DNA of 64,000 bases, taken from a virus. Location: positions 17,877 to 81,876 of the IMG/VR virus record IMGVR_UViG_3300023179_000071, one strand, 5' to 3'. The notes beneath the pieces are model-generated. The model did no database searches and was not told the DNA's origin. It saw nothing but the letters and a program-made list of their open reading frames with translations. Position 1 is the stretch's first letter, and each line of letters starts with the position of its first letter. Below are positions 39,685-49,500 of the stretch, one piece after another. Position numbers and translations under genes: made by a program.

Positions 39685-41306
39685 GATTCCGGTATAAAAC
39701 ATTTCTCGACAATTAGGCCACTTCCAGCTTTCTTTGATTTGGTGCCGATAAACACTAAAACCTCATTCTCTTTTAATAGGTCTTTAAATTCATCATATTG
39801 TTCCGGAAACATAACTACAGAGTCAAGACCACCTGAGCTATCAAATATCTCTAAAAAAGACATACTAGCTCCTTTATTTTTACCTTGCTTAGTTTTTGTA
39901 ATACTAAGCCTACTAATTTCACCCATAATGGCTACTTTTTTGCCACTATTAACAGTATGGAATTCTTTACATGAAACTAGATTTGACTCATAATTTTGCA
40001 TATAGCAATCTGTTTTCGTGCATGTCAATGGGATGCCGAGTAGTCCCGCTTCTGTTTCTGCTATCCATTGCATATTATCTTTTAATGCATATGGTGGATT
40101 GTCTATACTTGAAATGAATTCCTGTACAAGCGACTGTCTTTTCTTTGTAACTTTGCAATCGGTTAACAGTCTAATAAATATATCTCTAAATTTAATACTA
40201 CTTATATCTATATTTTTGTCTACTATTTGTGCTATCTCTTTTTTTGTCAACTTATTTAACATTTCTAGATAGAATAATAATTCTGTTCTAGGTATCTTAT
40301 ACTCATCAAATGCCCCAACAGAGACTATAGCTTTTGCTGCTGCACTATTAATATTAACCATTAATCTACAAAATGTTGGTATTATTCCAGTAATATTTTT
40401 ATTTATTAAAGTTAAATGTAGTTTTGCTATTGTGTCGTATACAGAATCTCCAACACCCTTTATATTTGTAATTCCAAAATGGATAGTATTATCAATAATG
40501 GCAAACTCTTTATTCATATGTTTAAATTTTGGTAATAAAACATCTATATTCATAGAGTTAGCATTATGAATAAGTTCTTTGATTTCCTGATGAGGATCTA
40601 TTTTATCTTTTGCAAATCTCAGATAAGAAACAAAGAATATTTGAGGGAAGTGCGCCTTGGCATATGCTGATAGATAGCCATTGATAGCATAACTAACAGC
40701 ATGGCTTTTATTAAATGAATACCTTTGGCTTTTCTCAATCCACCCGAATATTTCTTCTGCTTCATGTTCTGTAACAATATGTTTATCATTGCAACCATTG
40801 ATAAAAATTTTCTTGAGCTTTGCCATTTCTTCTGGCTTCTTTTTTCCAATAGCTTTTCTCAACATGTCAGCTTCTTGCAGATCAAAGCCTGCTAGCTCTT
40901 GTGCTATTTGCATACTTTGTTCTTGATATACCATTTCACCATATGTAGTTTCTAGTATATTTTTTAGACTTGGATTATAGTAATCTATACTTTCTTGTCC
41001 ATTTTTTCTATCTATAAAATGATTACTAACGCTTTTACCATCCCTGATAGCCTCCAGACATCCTGGCCTCATGATACTAATAAGGCCAGCTAGTTGTTCT
41101 ATATTTTCCGGCTTGAGTTTTTTGGCCATACTTTGCCCAAGTCTTGACTCTAACTGGAAACATCCCTTGGTATTACCATCGGATATTAATTTCCAGGTTC
41201 TGGAACAATCAAGAGGAATGGTGTTAACATCAAAATCCATTAACTCAATATTATTAGAGTCAACTGGAAATCTGCACCCGCAATCGAACTGATAGTATTT
41301 GCTCAT
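39681..41306 (-). CDS. dnaE: DNA polymerase III alpha, C-terminal half (fingers, HhH, OB fold)
   Basis: IPLD..TKGCFQLES, MRPG, TYGEMVYQEQ, ADMLRKAIGKKK, YSFNKSHA, GITNIKGVG, C-terminal OB fold. Confidence 0.93.
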   Translation of the reverse strand: MSKYYQFDCGCRFPVDSNNIELMDFDVNTIPLDCSRTWKLISDGNTKGCFQLESRLGQSMAKKLKPENIEQLAGLISIMRPGCLEAIRDGKSVSNHFIDRKNGQESIDYYNPSLKNILETTYGEMVYQEQSMQIAQELAGFDLQEADMLRKAIGKKKPEEMAKLKKIFINGCNDKHIVTEHEAEEIFGWIEKSQRYSFNKSHAVSYAINGYLSAYAKAHFPQIFFVSYLRFAKDKIDPHQEIKELIHNANSMNIDVLLPKFKHMNKEFAIIDNTIHFGITNIKGVGDSVYDTIAKLHLTLINKNITGIIPTFCRLMVNINSAAAKAIVSVGAFDEYKIPRTELLFYLEMLNKLTKKEIAQIVDKNIDISSIKFRDIFIRLLTDCKVTKKRQSLVQEFISSIDNPPYALKDNMQWIAETEAGLLGIPLTCTKTDCYMQNYESNLVSCKEFHTVNSGKKVAIMGEISRLSITKTKQGKNKGASMSFLEIFDSSGGLDSVVMFPEQYDEFKDLLKENEVLVFIGTKSKKAGSGLIVEKCFIPES

Positions 41307-41992
41307 TGTGTTACAAAAGAGTCTCTAAATTTTATTTTCTTTGATAGATTTCTATGTAGTTTTAGGAAACGGATAAGTAGTTCAGCACAATCATTGACAT
41401 CTTTCAATGCATCATGGGCGCCAGCCTTACTAATACCCATATAGTCTCTAATATTATCTAGTGTGAGATTTTTGATATCGCTATTGCTTTCGAACCAATA
41501 AAATAGCAGATTCATCATATCCAAAGTATCTCTTGGATAAAATAAACTAGATCCATTTTCGCTATTGATATATCCAAATTTACGACTAAATCTTTCCACA
41601 ATTTTCATGTCAAATCTCAATATATTATATCCAGAAGCAACAGGTGCAGAAAACATACTTTTTTTACTTCTGTTCAAATGATATATTTCTAGATACTGAG
41701 AAAACATTGACCATGCTTGTTGTTGAGACATTGCATTCTGCCAAGACTTAAGAATATCTTCTTTACTGCAAGCTCTAACCTTTGCGTGGAAATCTAGTAT
41801 ATCGCTATCTTGATAGGTATATTCTGGATCGTTTTCTAATTTTTCTGGTTTAACATGAATATTAAATGCTGAATCTTTAATAATAGATAAATTATATGGA
41901 TCTACTATGATTGCGGCTATCTGAACAGGGCTGCAAGTATCTGTATCTGTTCCATCTGTTTCAAAGTCAAATATACATATTTTGTTTTTCAT
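41303..41992 (-). CDS. DEDDh 3'-5' exonuclease (DnaQ/epsilon-like)
   Basis: FDFET (Exo I), GYNILRFD (Exo II), AHDALKD (Exo III). Confidence 0.9.
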   Translation of the reverse strand: MKNKICIFDFETDGTDTDTCSPVQIAAIIVDPYNLSIIKDSAFNIHVKPEKLENDPEYTYQDSDILDFHAKVRACSKEDILKSWQNAMSQQQAWSMFSQYLEIYHLNRSKKSMFSAPVASGYNILRFDMKIVERFSRKFGYINSENGSSLFYPRDTLDMMNLLFYWFESNSDIKNLTLDNIRDYMGISKAGAHDALKDVNDCAELLIRFLKLHRNLSKKIKFRDSFVTQ

Positions 41993-44493
41993 ATGGTTAT
42001 GCCAGTTTCGTCCTTTAGTGCTTCAAGAATAGAGAATGGATTATTATAGTATATATGTAGATTAAGCTGATGTCCACAAAATATCCTACCAAGGCTATCA
42101 CGAACCCTGACACACCCTATAAGGTAGTTGACAGACATGGGTCTGTCCAGAGTAATTTTTGTAATATTTAGTTTTGAATCATATATAACGGATTCAGCAT
42201 TAAAAGTTGCTGTTTGCTGATAAATATTGTCTATTTCTTCTTTATTTGGATCGGGATTAGATGATCTTACCCAATAGCTAATTTTAACAGCTCCTGGTAA
42301 TATTTTGCCAGTCACATTATATGGTACAATTAACGTTTGTCTATCTGGTTTATACTCATAAGATGAACTAGTTTCTGTAATTTTTAATTCTCTAGAAAAA
42401 TATGTATAGCATACAATACGATCTATAGGGATATTGATATAATGATACCCCCTGTTTACGCTATTCATATAGTATGATTCAAAAGCGTTAAGCATCTTGA
42501 CATATCCGTCTGTGGATAAAGTGCCGTTCGATAATTTGTATAACGGCTGCCCACTTGATGCATCAAAGTATATTTTGCCTTGTAACTGTGTATTGAAAAT
42601 ATCTCTTAATAATCTAAAAGAATCTCCTGTAATTTTTTCATACCTTATTGCATCAGGGGAATTAGTGTTACCAGAAGTATCAGGCTTACCATTTCTGATA
42701 GCATCATATAGCTCTTCTAGTTCTATTTTTGTAAAACCAAAAAAGTATTTTGTAAGTTCTGGATCAGTTTTTTCATTAAGAAAATATTCGATTAGTTGTT
42801 TAGCGTATGTGCCTATATTATAGGTAATATATCTACGACCACCAGCAGCAAAAGAATCTACAACAACATAGCAAGCGTATAGCCATTCTGTAAGTTCCGG
42901 GGCTATTGCTGGCTCATTATTCCATCCATTGCACGTAGGTATAGGATCAGACGATTCCTGTGCTTTAATTCTAATATATGGATCAACAAAATTTTGAGCA
43001 AATGCACTTTTACCTTGTGATAACTCGTACCGTATAAGATATGGTGGGGTCATGAATAGGTCTTCTATTAGAACACGATTATTCTCATCTACAGGCCATC
43101 CTACGGTTTTATAGATAATTTTTGGATCTGTTGGGTCTTTTTCATTTTTTACAGTATAGAAAAACCCACTATTCGGAGACATAAAGATTTCTAATAGCTT
43201 TTCATTAGTTTCGAAAGTATTAAATGGTTCGCAAAAACCATCATATAACCAAAATCTATTTGCTGTTACATACTTAATGGGTTGGTTCTTCTCATCTGTT
43301 CTAAAAAAATATACTGGGGCACTTCTATCATAAAAATTTATAGGTATAGGATTATCTGGAGAAGACGTGTGTAAATTGAATGCATCTCCAGGCAACAGCT
43401 TATAGGAACTCACTTCTTCAAAGTACGGAGGAAAATCACCTTTCACGAAAACTTCTCTTGCGCTCAATTTTTCTACAGGAGTATCTAAATTAAATTCATC
43501 ATCTGGATTTTCTGTGAAGTGCAATCCTCCGAATAGAATTATATCTAATAAATTTTTCTTACCAGTAGCTAACATCATGCCTTTTAAGGTAAAGGGGTCC
43601 ATTTTGTTGGGATATGGACCACCCATATAGTCGATTCCAGCTAGAGGTGAATCAAATACAAAATTTGTACCGTATTGTTCTTTAGCAGAGAATACCGTTG
43701 CTCTTTTATCTCCTATAAAATCTGTGAATGTAAATGTTTGTATACTAGGATAAACGGCCGGCACTGTACTCTTAAGTTCTCTGTACTTTCTATGCATACA
43801 TAAAGCATTTACTGGGCAACATCCCAAATCTATCTGGTATGTGTCAACTTTTTTATATACCAACCTCTCCCTATTGAAAGGATCATATAGAGTAAAATAA
43901 TCTCCTAATGATAATTGTCTAAATGTAGTAAATTCTTGTGGTATAAGATCGCCAGACCAATCTGAAAAAACTTCTCTTCCACTACTAATTCTGGCTATTA
44001 TAGTTTTGGGGCCAGTATCAACAGTTAGAAATGCTTCTCCAGATGGATCAGTATAGTATAGTAAAACCATTTCCCTATTAACTTCTACAATTTTAGAACC
44101 AAGATTTTGAAATGTTCCAAAACAGTATGACTTTTCACTAGTTTGTGAAATAATAGTGAAGTATAATCCAATATTTAGATCTATAGGCTTGCTTTGATTT
44201 ATTGGAACGTCTTTTTTATTCGGTAAGGTAAGATATTTGGTTGATTCGGGTAAGCCCATTTGTCCTTCTATATTGGACCCCCACATCCATATACTTTTAT
44301 CTTCCTTTATGGCAACAGAATGATTTGCTCCTACCAGCGCTTCTACCCATGGGATAGCGTCGTATTGAGGTATTCCAGTAATTACCTTGTGTGTATCTGG
44401 AGTATCTTCTATGCTTCCTATACCCAATTGGCCATATTGATTATCGCCAGATGAGTATAGATCTCCATTCTGTATATAGAGTATATGTCCCAT
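41989..44493 (-). CDS. Mosaic protein with N-terminal RCC1 repeats
   Basis: GDNQYGQLG, GANHSVAI..WGSNIEGQMG; internal similarity to the upstream 60-aa protein. Confidence 0.7.
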   Translation of the reverse strand: MGHILYIQNGDLYSSGDNQYGQLGIGSIEDTPDTHKVITGIPQYDAIPWVEALVGANHSVAIKEDKSIWMWGSNIEGQMGLPESTKYLTLPNKKDVPINQSKPIDLNIGLYFTIISQTSEKSYCFGTFQNLGSKIVEVNREMVLLYYTDPSGEAFLTVDTGPKTIIARISSGREVFSDWSGDLIPQEFTTFRQLSLGDYFTLYDPFNRERLVYKKVDTYQIDLGCCPVNALCMHRKYRELKSTVPAVYPSIQTFTFTDFIGDKRATVFSAKEQYGTNFVFDSPLAGIDYMGGPYPNKMDPFTLKGMMLATGKKNLLDIILFGGLHFTENPDDEFNLDTPVEKLSAREVFVKGDFPPYFEEVSSYKLLPGDAFNLHTSSPDNPIPINFYDRSAPVYFFRTDEKNQPIKYVTANRFWLYDGFCEPFNTFETNEKLLEIFMSPNSGFFYTVKNEKDPTDPKIIYKTVGWPVDENNRVLIEDLFMTPPYLIRYELSQGKSAFAQNFVDPYIRIKAQESSDPIPTCNGWNNEPAIAPELTEWLYACYVVVDSFAAGGRRYITYNIGTYAKQLIEYFLNEKTDPELTKYFFGFTKIELEELYDAIRNGKPDTSGNTNSPDAIRYEKITGDSFRLLRDIFNTQLQGKIYFDASSGQPLYKLSNGTLSTDGYVKMLNAFESYYMNSVNRGYHYINIPIDRIVCYTYFSRELKITETSSSYEYKPDRQTLIVPYNVTGKILPGAVKISYWVRSSNPDPNKEEIDNIYQQTATFNAESVIYDSKLNITKITLDRPMSVNYLIGCVRVRDSLGRIFCGHQLNLHIYYNNPFSILEALKDETGITI

Positions 44494-44520
44494 TAAATCC
44501 TACTTACTTTGAACCCTATG

Positions 44521-44703
44521 CTATTTAATAGTTACCGTAGCATTATCTGGAATAAAAACCTTCTCACCAGTGCTTGCGATAACAGCATTTAGTTTTCTGC
44601 AACAAGAAACCCTAACTTCTGCTGTTTTTCTATATTCTGTATTATTATAGACAAATACTGTATCAATTGTAATATTAGCAAATGTTGTTTGAAGCTCCGA
44701 CAT
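44521..44703 (-). CDS. Small beta-rich protein (60 aa) with CC motif
   Basis: AAGGG SD, fills the gap, and shows similarity to a segment of the downstream protein. Confidence 0.65.
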   Translation of the reverse strand: MSELQTTFANITIDTVFVYNNTEYRKTAEVRVSCCRKLNAVIASTGEKVFIPDNATVTIK

Positions 44704-46549
44704 AATTTTTACCCTTTAATAAAGATTGGATACACATGATTTTATCTAACATACCGATACCTAAAATATCAAACTTAACTATACCTAATGATTCTAAATC
44801 TTGCATTTCCATTCCTGCAATACTGTTACCAGTCTTAGAATCATACACCATAGGACAAATACCATCTAAATTGTGTGCTGAAATTGCGATACCAGCAGCG
44901 TGTTTAGATTGATTTGATTTGGTGCCTTCTAATCTAATAGCTTGTTCAAAGCGTTTGGCAAATAGTCCCGTGATTGTTCCATCCTCTTTAATTTCGCACC
45001 AATCTTTAAATTTATCTGGAGTATTCTCTAAAGCCCATTGTATAATAGATGACTCTCCTCTATCTTCTTTCATTTCTTGTAAATCATCTGCTATTTTAGC
45101 TTCATCAGGAATATGTTTAGTTATTTGATTCATTTCTTCATATGATAACCCACCATAAACTCTCAGAACTTCCTTGAGCGCTCCTCGTCCTTTCATTGTA
45201 TTAAAAGTTATCATTTGAGATACTTTACTATCTCCATATTTACTCTTTATATATGAGATAACACTATCTCTGGTGGTCATAGGAACGTCTATATCTATAT
45301 CTGGCATAGAAACTCTATCGCCAGTGTTTCTTCCTGCATTATAAAATCTTTCAAAAAGAAGATCATATTTTATGGGATCAATATTTGTAATTTCTAATAA
45401 ATATGAAACTAGACATCCAGCAGCAGATCCTCTACCCGGACCAGGAAGCCAAGAATTACTTCTAATAAAATTGACTATATCTTGCACAATAAGAAAGTAT
45501 CCTGATAATTTAGCTCCTTGTAAAACAGAAAGTTCCTGTTTAATTCTATCTGCATAAATTTTTTGATCTTCTTCTGAAGCTTTGGTAAAGCCACGCTTTC
45601 TCCATCCGTCTCTACATAATTGTCTCAAGTATTCATCTTCATTTTCAATAAATTCTGGTAATTGTGGCCTATTAAGAATATTGTAATCTTCGCACATATC
45701 AGATACTAGATTAGTATTTGCTAATTCTTCTTGAGTATGCAATGATTCCATTTCGTCACCAGATAAGATATAAAAATTATCAGATTTAAAAAAACAACCC
45801 AATGGAACACTCTCATTGTTAATAATCTTTTTATTGATTTCTGGAAATGTTGTTTTGAGTGTATTGCATAATAAAACTCTTTGGTCTATTGCGTCTTCTT
45901 TATTTGCGTAGTGAGCATCTGGCGTTGCTATAATTTTGATACTATGTTTTTTGGACAGCGATCTCATAATATCTGTTAAGACTGTTTGAAATGGCAAATA
46001 CTCTCTGTCCATTAGTTGGGCTTCTAGGCAGATATTTTCAGAACCAAAGATAGATTTTAATTGATCTATTAATAGAGATGCTCTAGTCAAATCCGAACCA
46101 TTACCAACCGCATCGGCAACATTTGACCCGAGGTGACCAGTAACACAGATCAAGCCTTGCAGATCAATGTCCTCAAGCTCGTTTACGCTGATCCTGGGCT
46201 TTCTATAAAAACGCCGCGGGTCGTTTGACAAAGAAACTAAACTGATCAGATTCTTCCATCCCTGTGTATTTTTGGCCAAAACCAGCATGTGTGATAAATG
46301 ACCGTTTTCTTTGCTTTGATTGGTCGAAACATCATCACAAATGTATAGCTCACAACCAAGAATAGGTTTAATGCTATTCTTTTTCATGGCCTGATAAAAA
46401 GATACAGCACCAGAGATAGATCCATGATCAGTTATAGCACAAGCAGATACTCCAATATCTAAACATCTTTGAGCAAGCTGTTCTGGTTTTGAGAGGCCGT
46501 CTAATAAACTGTAATGACTGTGTACATGCAATGGAGTATACTTATTCAT
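44675..46549 (-). CDS. dnaE: DNA polymerase III alpha, N-terminal half (PHP + palm/thumb, all three catalytic Asp)
   Basis: HVHSHYSLLDG, TDHG, GCE, DAHY, GPGRGSAAG, LLFERF, MPDIDID, HAAG, KFDILG. Confidence 0.95.
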   Translation of the reverse strand: MNKYTPLHVHSHYSLLDGLSKPEQLAQRCLDIGVSACAITDHGSISGAVSFYQAMKKNSIKPILGCELYICDDVSTNQSKENGHLSHMLVLAKNTQGWKNLISLVSLSNDPRRFYRKPRISVNELEDIDLQGLICVTGHLGSNVADAVGNGSDLTRASLLIDQLKSIFGSENICLEAQLMDREYLPFQTVLTDIMRSLSKKHSIKIIATPDAHYANKEDAIDQRVLLCNTLKTTFPEINKKIINNESVPLGCFFKSDNFYILSGDEMESLHTQEELANTNLVSDMCEDYNILNRPQLPEFIENEDEYLRQLCRDGWRKRGFTKASEEDQKIYADRIKQELSVLQGAKLSGYFLIVQDIVNFIRSNSWLPGPGRGSAAGCLVSYLLEITNIDPIKYDLLFERFYNAGRNTGDRVSMPDIDIDVPMTTRDSVISYIKSKYGDSKVSQMITFNTMKGRGALKEVLRVYGGLSYEEMNQITKHIPDEAKIADDLQEMKEDRGESSIIQWALENTPDKFKDWCEIKEDGTITGLFAKRFEQAIRLEGTKSNQSKHAAGIAISAHNLDGICPMVYDSKTGNSIAGMEMQDLESLGIVKFDILGIGMLDKIMCIQSLLKGKNYVGASNNIC

Positions 46550-46559
46550 TTAAATCCTG

Positions 46560-47603
46560 TTATTCTGTGCTGCCTGGGGCTTTGTAGTGTCCTATATTAT
46601 GACCGGGAGCCGAGTATTCGTCAATAACCAAATCCATGCCTTTCAAATCAATATCGTGTTTAATTTGTTCGCACTTCGTCATCGTTGTGTGCTTGGCACA
46701 TGTTTGGTTATCTCTATATTCTTCTAATGGGTATATATGAGTATTGTCAAATGTAGTTTTACCGAAATGACATAGCTTGTTACACATCCAGCTTTTCTTT
46801 AATTGAGGTCTTGTTGTTTTCTTGATAACTTCGAATTTATTGCGTAACATTTCTTCTGTTTTTGGAATATCAGATTTATCGAAGAGTATACTGAATGGAC
46901 CGCCATCATTAATAAAAAAAATGGTAACAATTATATGATCATAGTCTGGATATAGTTGCTGTGCAGCATAGTGGTATATTCTTAATTGAGGATCTGTCTC
47001 TAGTTTTTCTTGGGTTTTTTCTTGACCAGTTGCCCAATCGAGCCTTCTCCCTGTTTTCCAGTCTACAATTTCTAGAGTATTATCATCTATTTTAGTAATA
47101 AGATCTATTGTTCCTTTCAATCCTAATGTACCACTGATTTCATTACCATTAAGATCATATTTATACTTTGCCCATTTTTTATCTATAGCTATATCAAAGT
47201 GCTGCTCTGGACACATAATAGATCTGTTGCGAGGATCAAACATACCATTATTGAATTCTATAGCTTTGTATACCCATTTCCTACAATCATCAAAATCTTT
47301 TTCGGTCCACTTATGGTGAGAGCACTTCTTACTATAGTAATTGTATACATCTCTAATAAGAACTTCTAGATCGTATTTTTTAGTTGGTATTTGCCCTAAT
47401 ATATCGTCATCGATATGGGTGTGTTTGTTTTGAATGCCCTGTTGTATAACTGCTAGTATCTCTAGTACTTTATGAACTATAGTCCCTTTATCTGCCTTCT
47501 GACCAGAAGGACTTCTCCAGCCTAATACATATTCCATAAAATATTGTTGCTCGCACATGGAATGAGTATTGTATGAAGAACTTCTGAAATATGTAATGAT
47601 AAT
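46560..47603 (-). CDS. PD-(D/E)xK nuclease, Cas4/AddB-like (probable Fe-S cluster); likely ATT start
   Basis: RSSSY..SMC, GTIVH, PEQ, GTIDL, IVDWKTG, QLRIY, CNKLCHF..C. The frame extends 15 codons upstream of the track's ATG. Confidence 0.85.
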   Translation of the reverse strand: MIITYFRSSSYNTHSMCEQQYFMEYVLGWRSPSGQKADKGTIVHKVLEILAVIQQGIQNKHTHIDDDILGQIPTKKYDLEVLIRDVYNYYSKKCSHHKWTEKDFDDCRKWVYKAIEFNNGMFDPRNRSIMCPEQHFDIAIDKKWAKYKYDLNGNEISGTLGLKGTIDLITKIDDNTLEIVDWKTGRRLDWATGQEKTQEKLETDPQLRIYHYAAQQLYPDYDHIIVTIFFINDGGPFSILFDKSDIPKTEEMLRNKFEVIKKTTRPQLKKSWMCNKLCHFGKTTFDNTHIYPLEEYRDNQTCAKHTTMTKCEQIKHDIDLKGMDLVIDEYSAPGHNIGHYKAPGSTE

Positions 47604-47611
47604 AAATCACC

Positions 47612-48349
47612 TCATTCGAATATGTTTTGAAAAATATTGTAAAGAGACATTGATTGTTCATATATTGACATATTCTCATTATCAATAATATGATCAAAAT
47701 TAGACCAATCATATCTATCTTCATCCAATATTACTTCACTAATATGATCAGACAAACCATACTTGTTTCTTTTTAGTCTGATGACCAATCCGTCAGCGCT
47801 ATGTATAGCATCTACCTCATTAGGAAATCTACAGTCTGTAATTAAAGCCAATTCGCTTTGATCGTTTAAAATCTTATTGATTGTTACTTCTGGCCATATA
47901 TTTGGTTTCATAGATCTAAAAATATCAGTCCCAACAACTTGCATAACTTCTCTAGCTGTGAGATATTTATTTTCCCAAAAGACATTGGTAATCTCATTTT
48001 TTTCTATGTCTGTACCATAACACTGAGCATACGTTAGTCCTAAAAGATCCATACAAATATTTTTCTTGAGTATATCAGCAAAACTATATAATTTAATATA
48101 TGGATTGAGTTTGGTAACCATATCAAGCACATCAGTGTCAAGAGTAGCTGTAGAGCTATTAATATAGTACTGATTAATATCAACAGTAATAGACGCTCCA
48201 TTATGCTTAATGATATCAATAGTACCTTGCTGATTGACTTTGGCCTTCTGGCATAAATTTTGATTGGCAAGATAAATACTATAAATAAAATTAGCCGATG
48301 TATTTTTTCCGGATTGTTTCTTTCCAGAAAAACCTATGATTTTAGTCAT
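47612..48349 (-). CDS. Deoxynucleoside monophosphate kinase
   Basis: IIGFSGKKQSGKNT, FADILK, REVMQVVGTD, ITDCRFPNE, HISE. Confidence 0.88.
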   Translation of the reverse strand: MTKIIGFSGKKQSGKNTSANFIYSIYLANQNLCQKAKVNQQGTIDIIKHNGASITVDINQYYINSSTATLDTDVLDMVTKLNPYIKLYSFADILKKNICMDLLGLTYAQCYGTDIEKNEITNVFWENKYLTAREVMQVVGTDIFRSMKPNIWPEVTINKILNDQSELALITDCRFPNEVDAIHSADGLVIRLKRNKYGLSDHISEVILDEDRYDWSNFDHIIDNENMSIYEQSMSLYNIFQNIFE

Positions 48350-49500
48350 ATCTGCCTTTCCGTTAGTTTAGATAGCTCTGCTATAATAGTTTTATTATCC
48401 ATTTCTGCTATATCGCTAGTGATAAACTGTGGAGTGTATATATTATATGTTCTGGAACATTTTTTAGAAATTGTATTAGTTGCTTTGTGTCCAGCATCAT
48501 CATTATCTAATAATAATATCATTTGCATCGCTCCACTAGCATCAATTAACATTTTTTGAGTATCAGACATAGAAGAACCAAATATTGCTACGCTATTTCT
48601 GAATCCGCACTCTTCTAGTTTCCAAACGTTTCCTGGACTTTCAACTATTACTATAGTTCTAGACTCTCTGATATAATCTTTTGCATACCACATATTGTAT
48701 AGGTGGTTCTGTGTCTTAAAGCCAAAATTGTGTTTCCATTTAGAATATTTCCATTTATTATCTTCTGATGGGCACTCGTCATTTGGATTATGATAACTAC
48801 TGCATCTGATACATTTGCTATGTATACTACGACCAGTACATCCTACCATGTATTGATGTTCATTATCGTAGATAGGAGCAACTGCTCGTCCATACATTTC
48901 TTTACCTATTTTATCACACAAACCCACATCGTATTTATTCAGTATGTCTGTGCTAAATCCTCTATCAACAAAATATGCTGCTGGTATAACCAAACTTTGC
49001 CTAATATTACGTCGTGATATTTTTGGTAGATCGTCTTTTGGAGATGGGGTTATATTAGATACAAATGATGTAAACGTATTCTTTTCTACAGATTGTTTTG
49101 ATACTTTGACATTATCAAAATTATCCTTAAGCATTTTCTTCACAAAAGATAAAGTAGCAGCAAAGGAAACTGTTTCATCTCCATCTTTTAACCAGCCTGT
49201 TTGATTATGAGACAATACTCCTCTAATAAATCCTATAATAGATGACTTAAAAGTTTGCTCGCATCCGTGAGTTCGACATTTCCAATTACCTCTATAGTGA
49301 TCTCCATCTGGATATAAATTCAATGCTGACGGATTATCTCCCCCATGTATAGGGCACGACATTGATATCATCCTAGATGTTTGCTTATATTCTATACCAA
49401 GAGCATCTAAAACAGTATATATATTATCACAAATCTGATCACAGATTATCTTTAGTTCGTTTTGATTATACGAAACTGATTTCTTCATCATTATTTTCAT
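48346..49500 (-). CDS. dnaG: DNA primase
   Basis: CPIH..WKCRTHGC zinc-binding domain; TOPRIM VE and DNDDAG. Confidence 0.9.
   Translation of the reverse strand: MKIMMKKSVSYNQNELKIICDQICDNIYTVLDALGIEYKQTSRMISMSCPIHGGDNPSALNLYPDGDHYRGNWKCRTHGCEQTFKSSIIGFIRGVLSHNQTGWLKDGDETVSFAATLSFVKKMLKDNFDNVKVSKQSVEKNTFTSFVSNITPSPKDDLPKISRRNIRQSLVIPAAYFVDRGFSTDILNKYDVGLCDKIGKEMYGRAVAPIYDNEHQYMVGCTGRSIHSKCIRCSSYHNPNDECPSEDNKWKYSKWKHNFGFKTQNHLYNMWYAKDYIRESRTIVIVESPGNVWKLEECGFRNSVAIFGSSMSDTQKMLIDASGAMQMILLLDNDDAGHKATNTISKKCSRTYNIYTPQFITSDIAEMDNKTIIAELSKLTERQI

Noticed and set aside
41200-44760. Split intein at the dnaE junction
   Set aside because: No intein N-terminal block after the N-extein and no HN-C/S/T motif in the C half; the extra terminal residues are too few.
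46560-47603. CRISPR-Cas system suggested by the Cas4-like gene
   Set aside because: No repeat-spacer array or other cas genes; solo Cas4-like nucleases are common in phages.
47488-47724. 78-aa minus ORF overlapping the kinase/nuclease junction
   Set aside because: Out of frame with both genes; the nuclease's own frame explains the gap via an ATT start.
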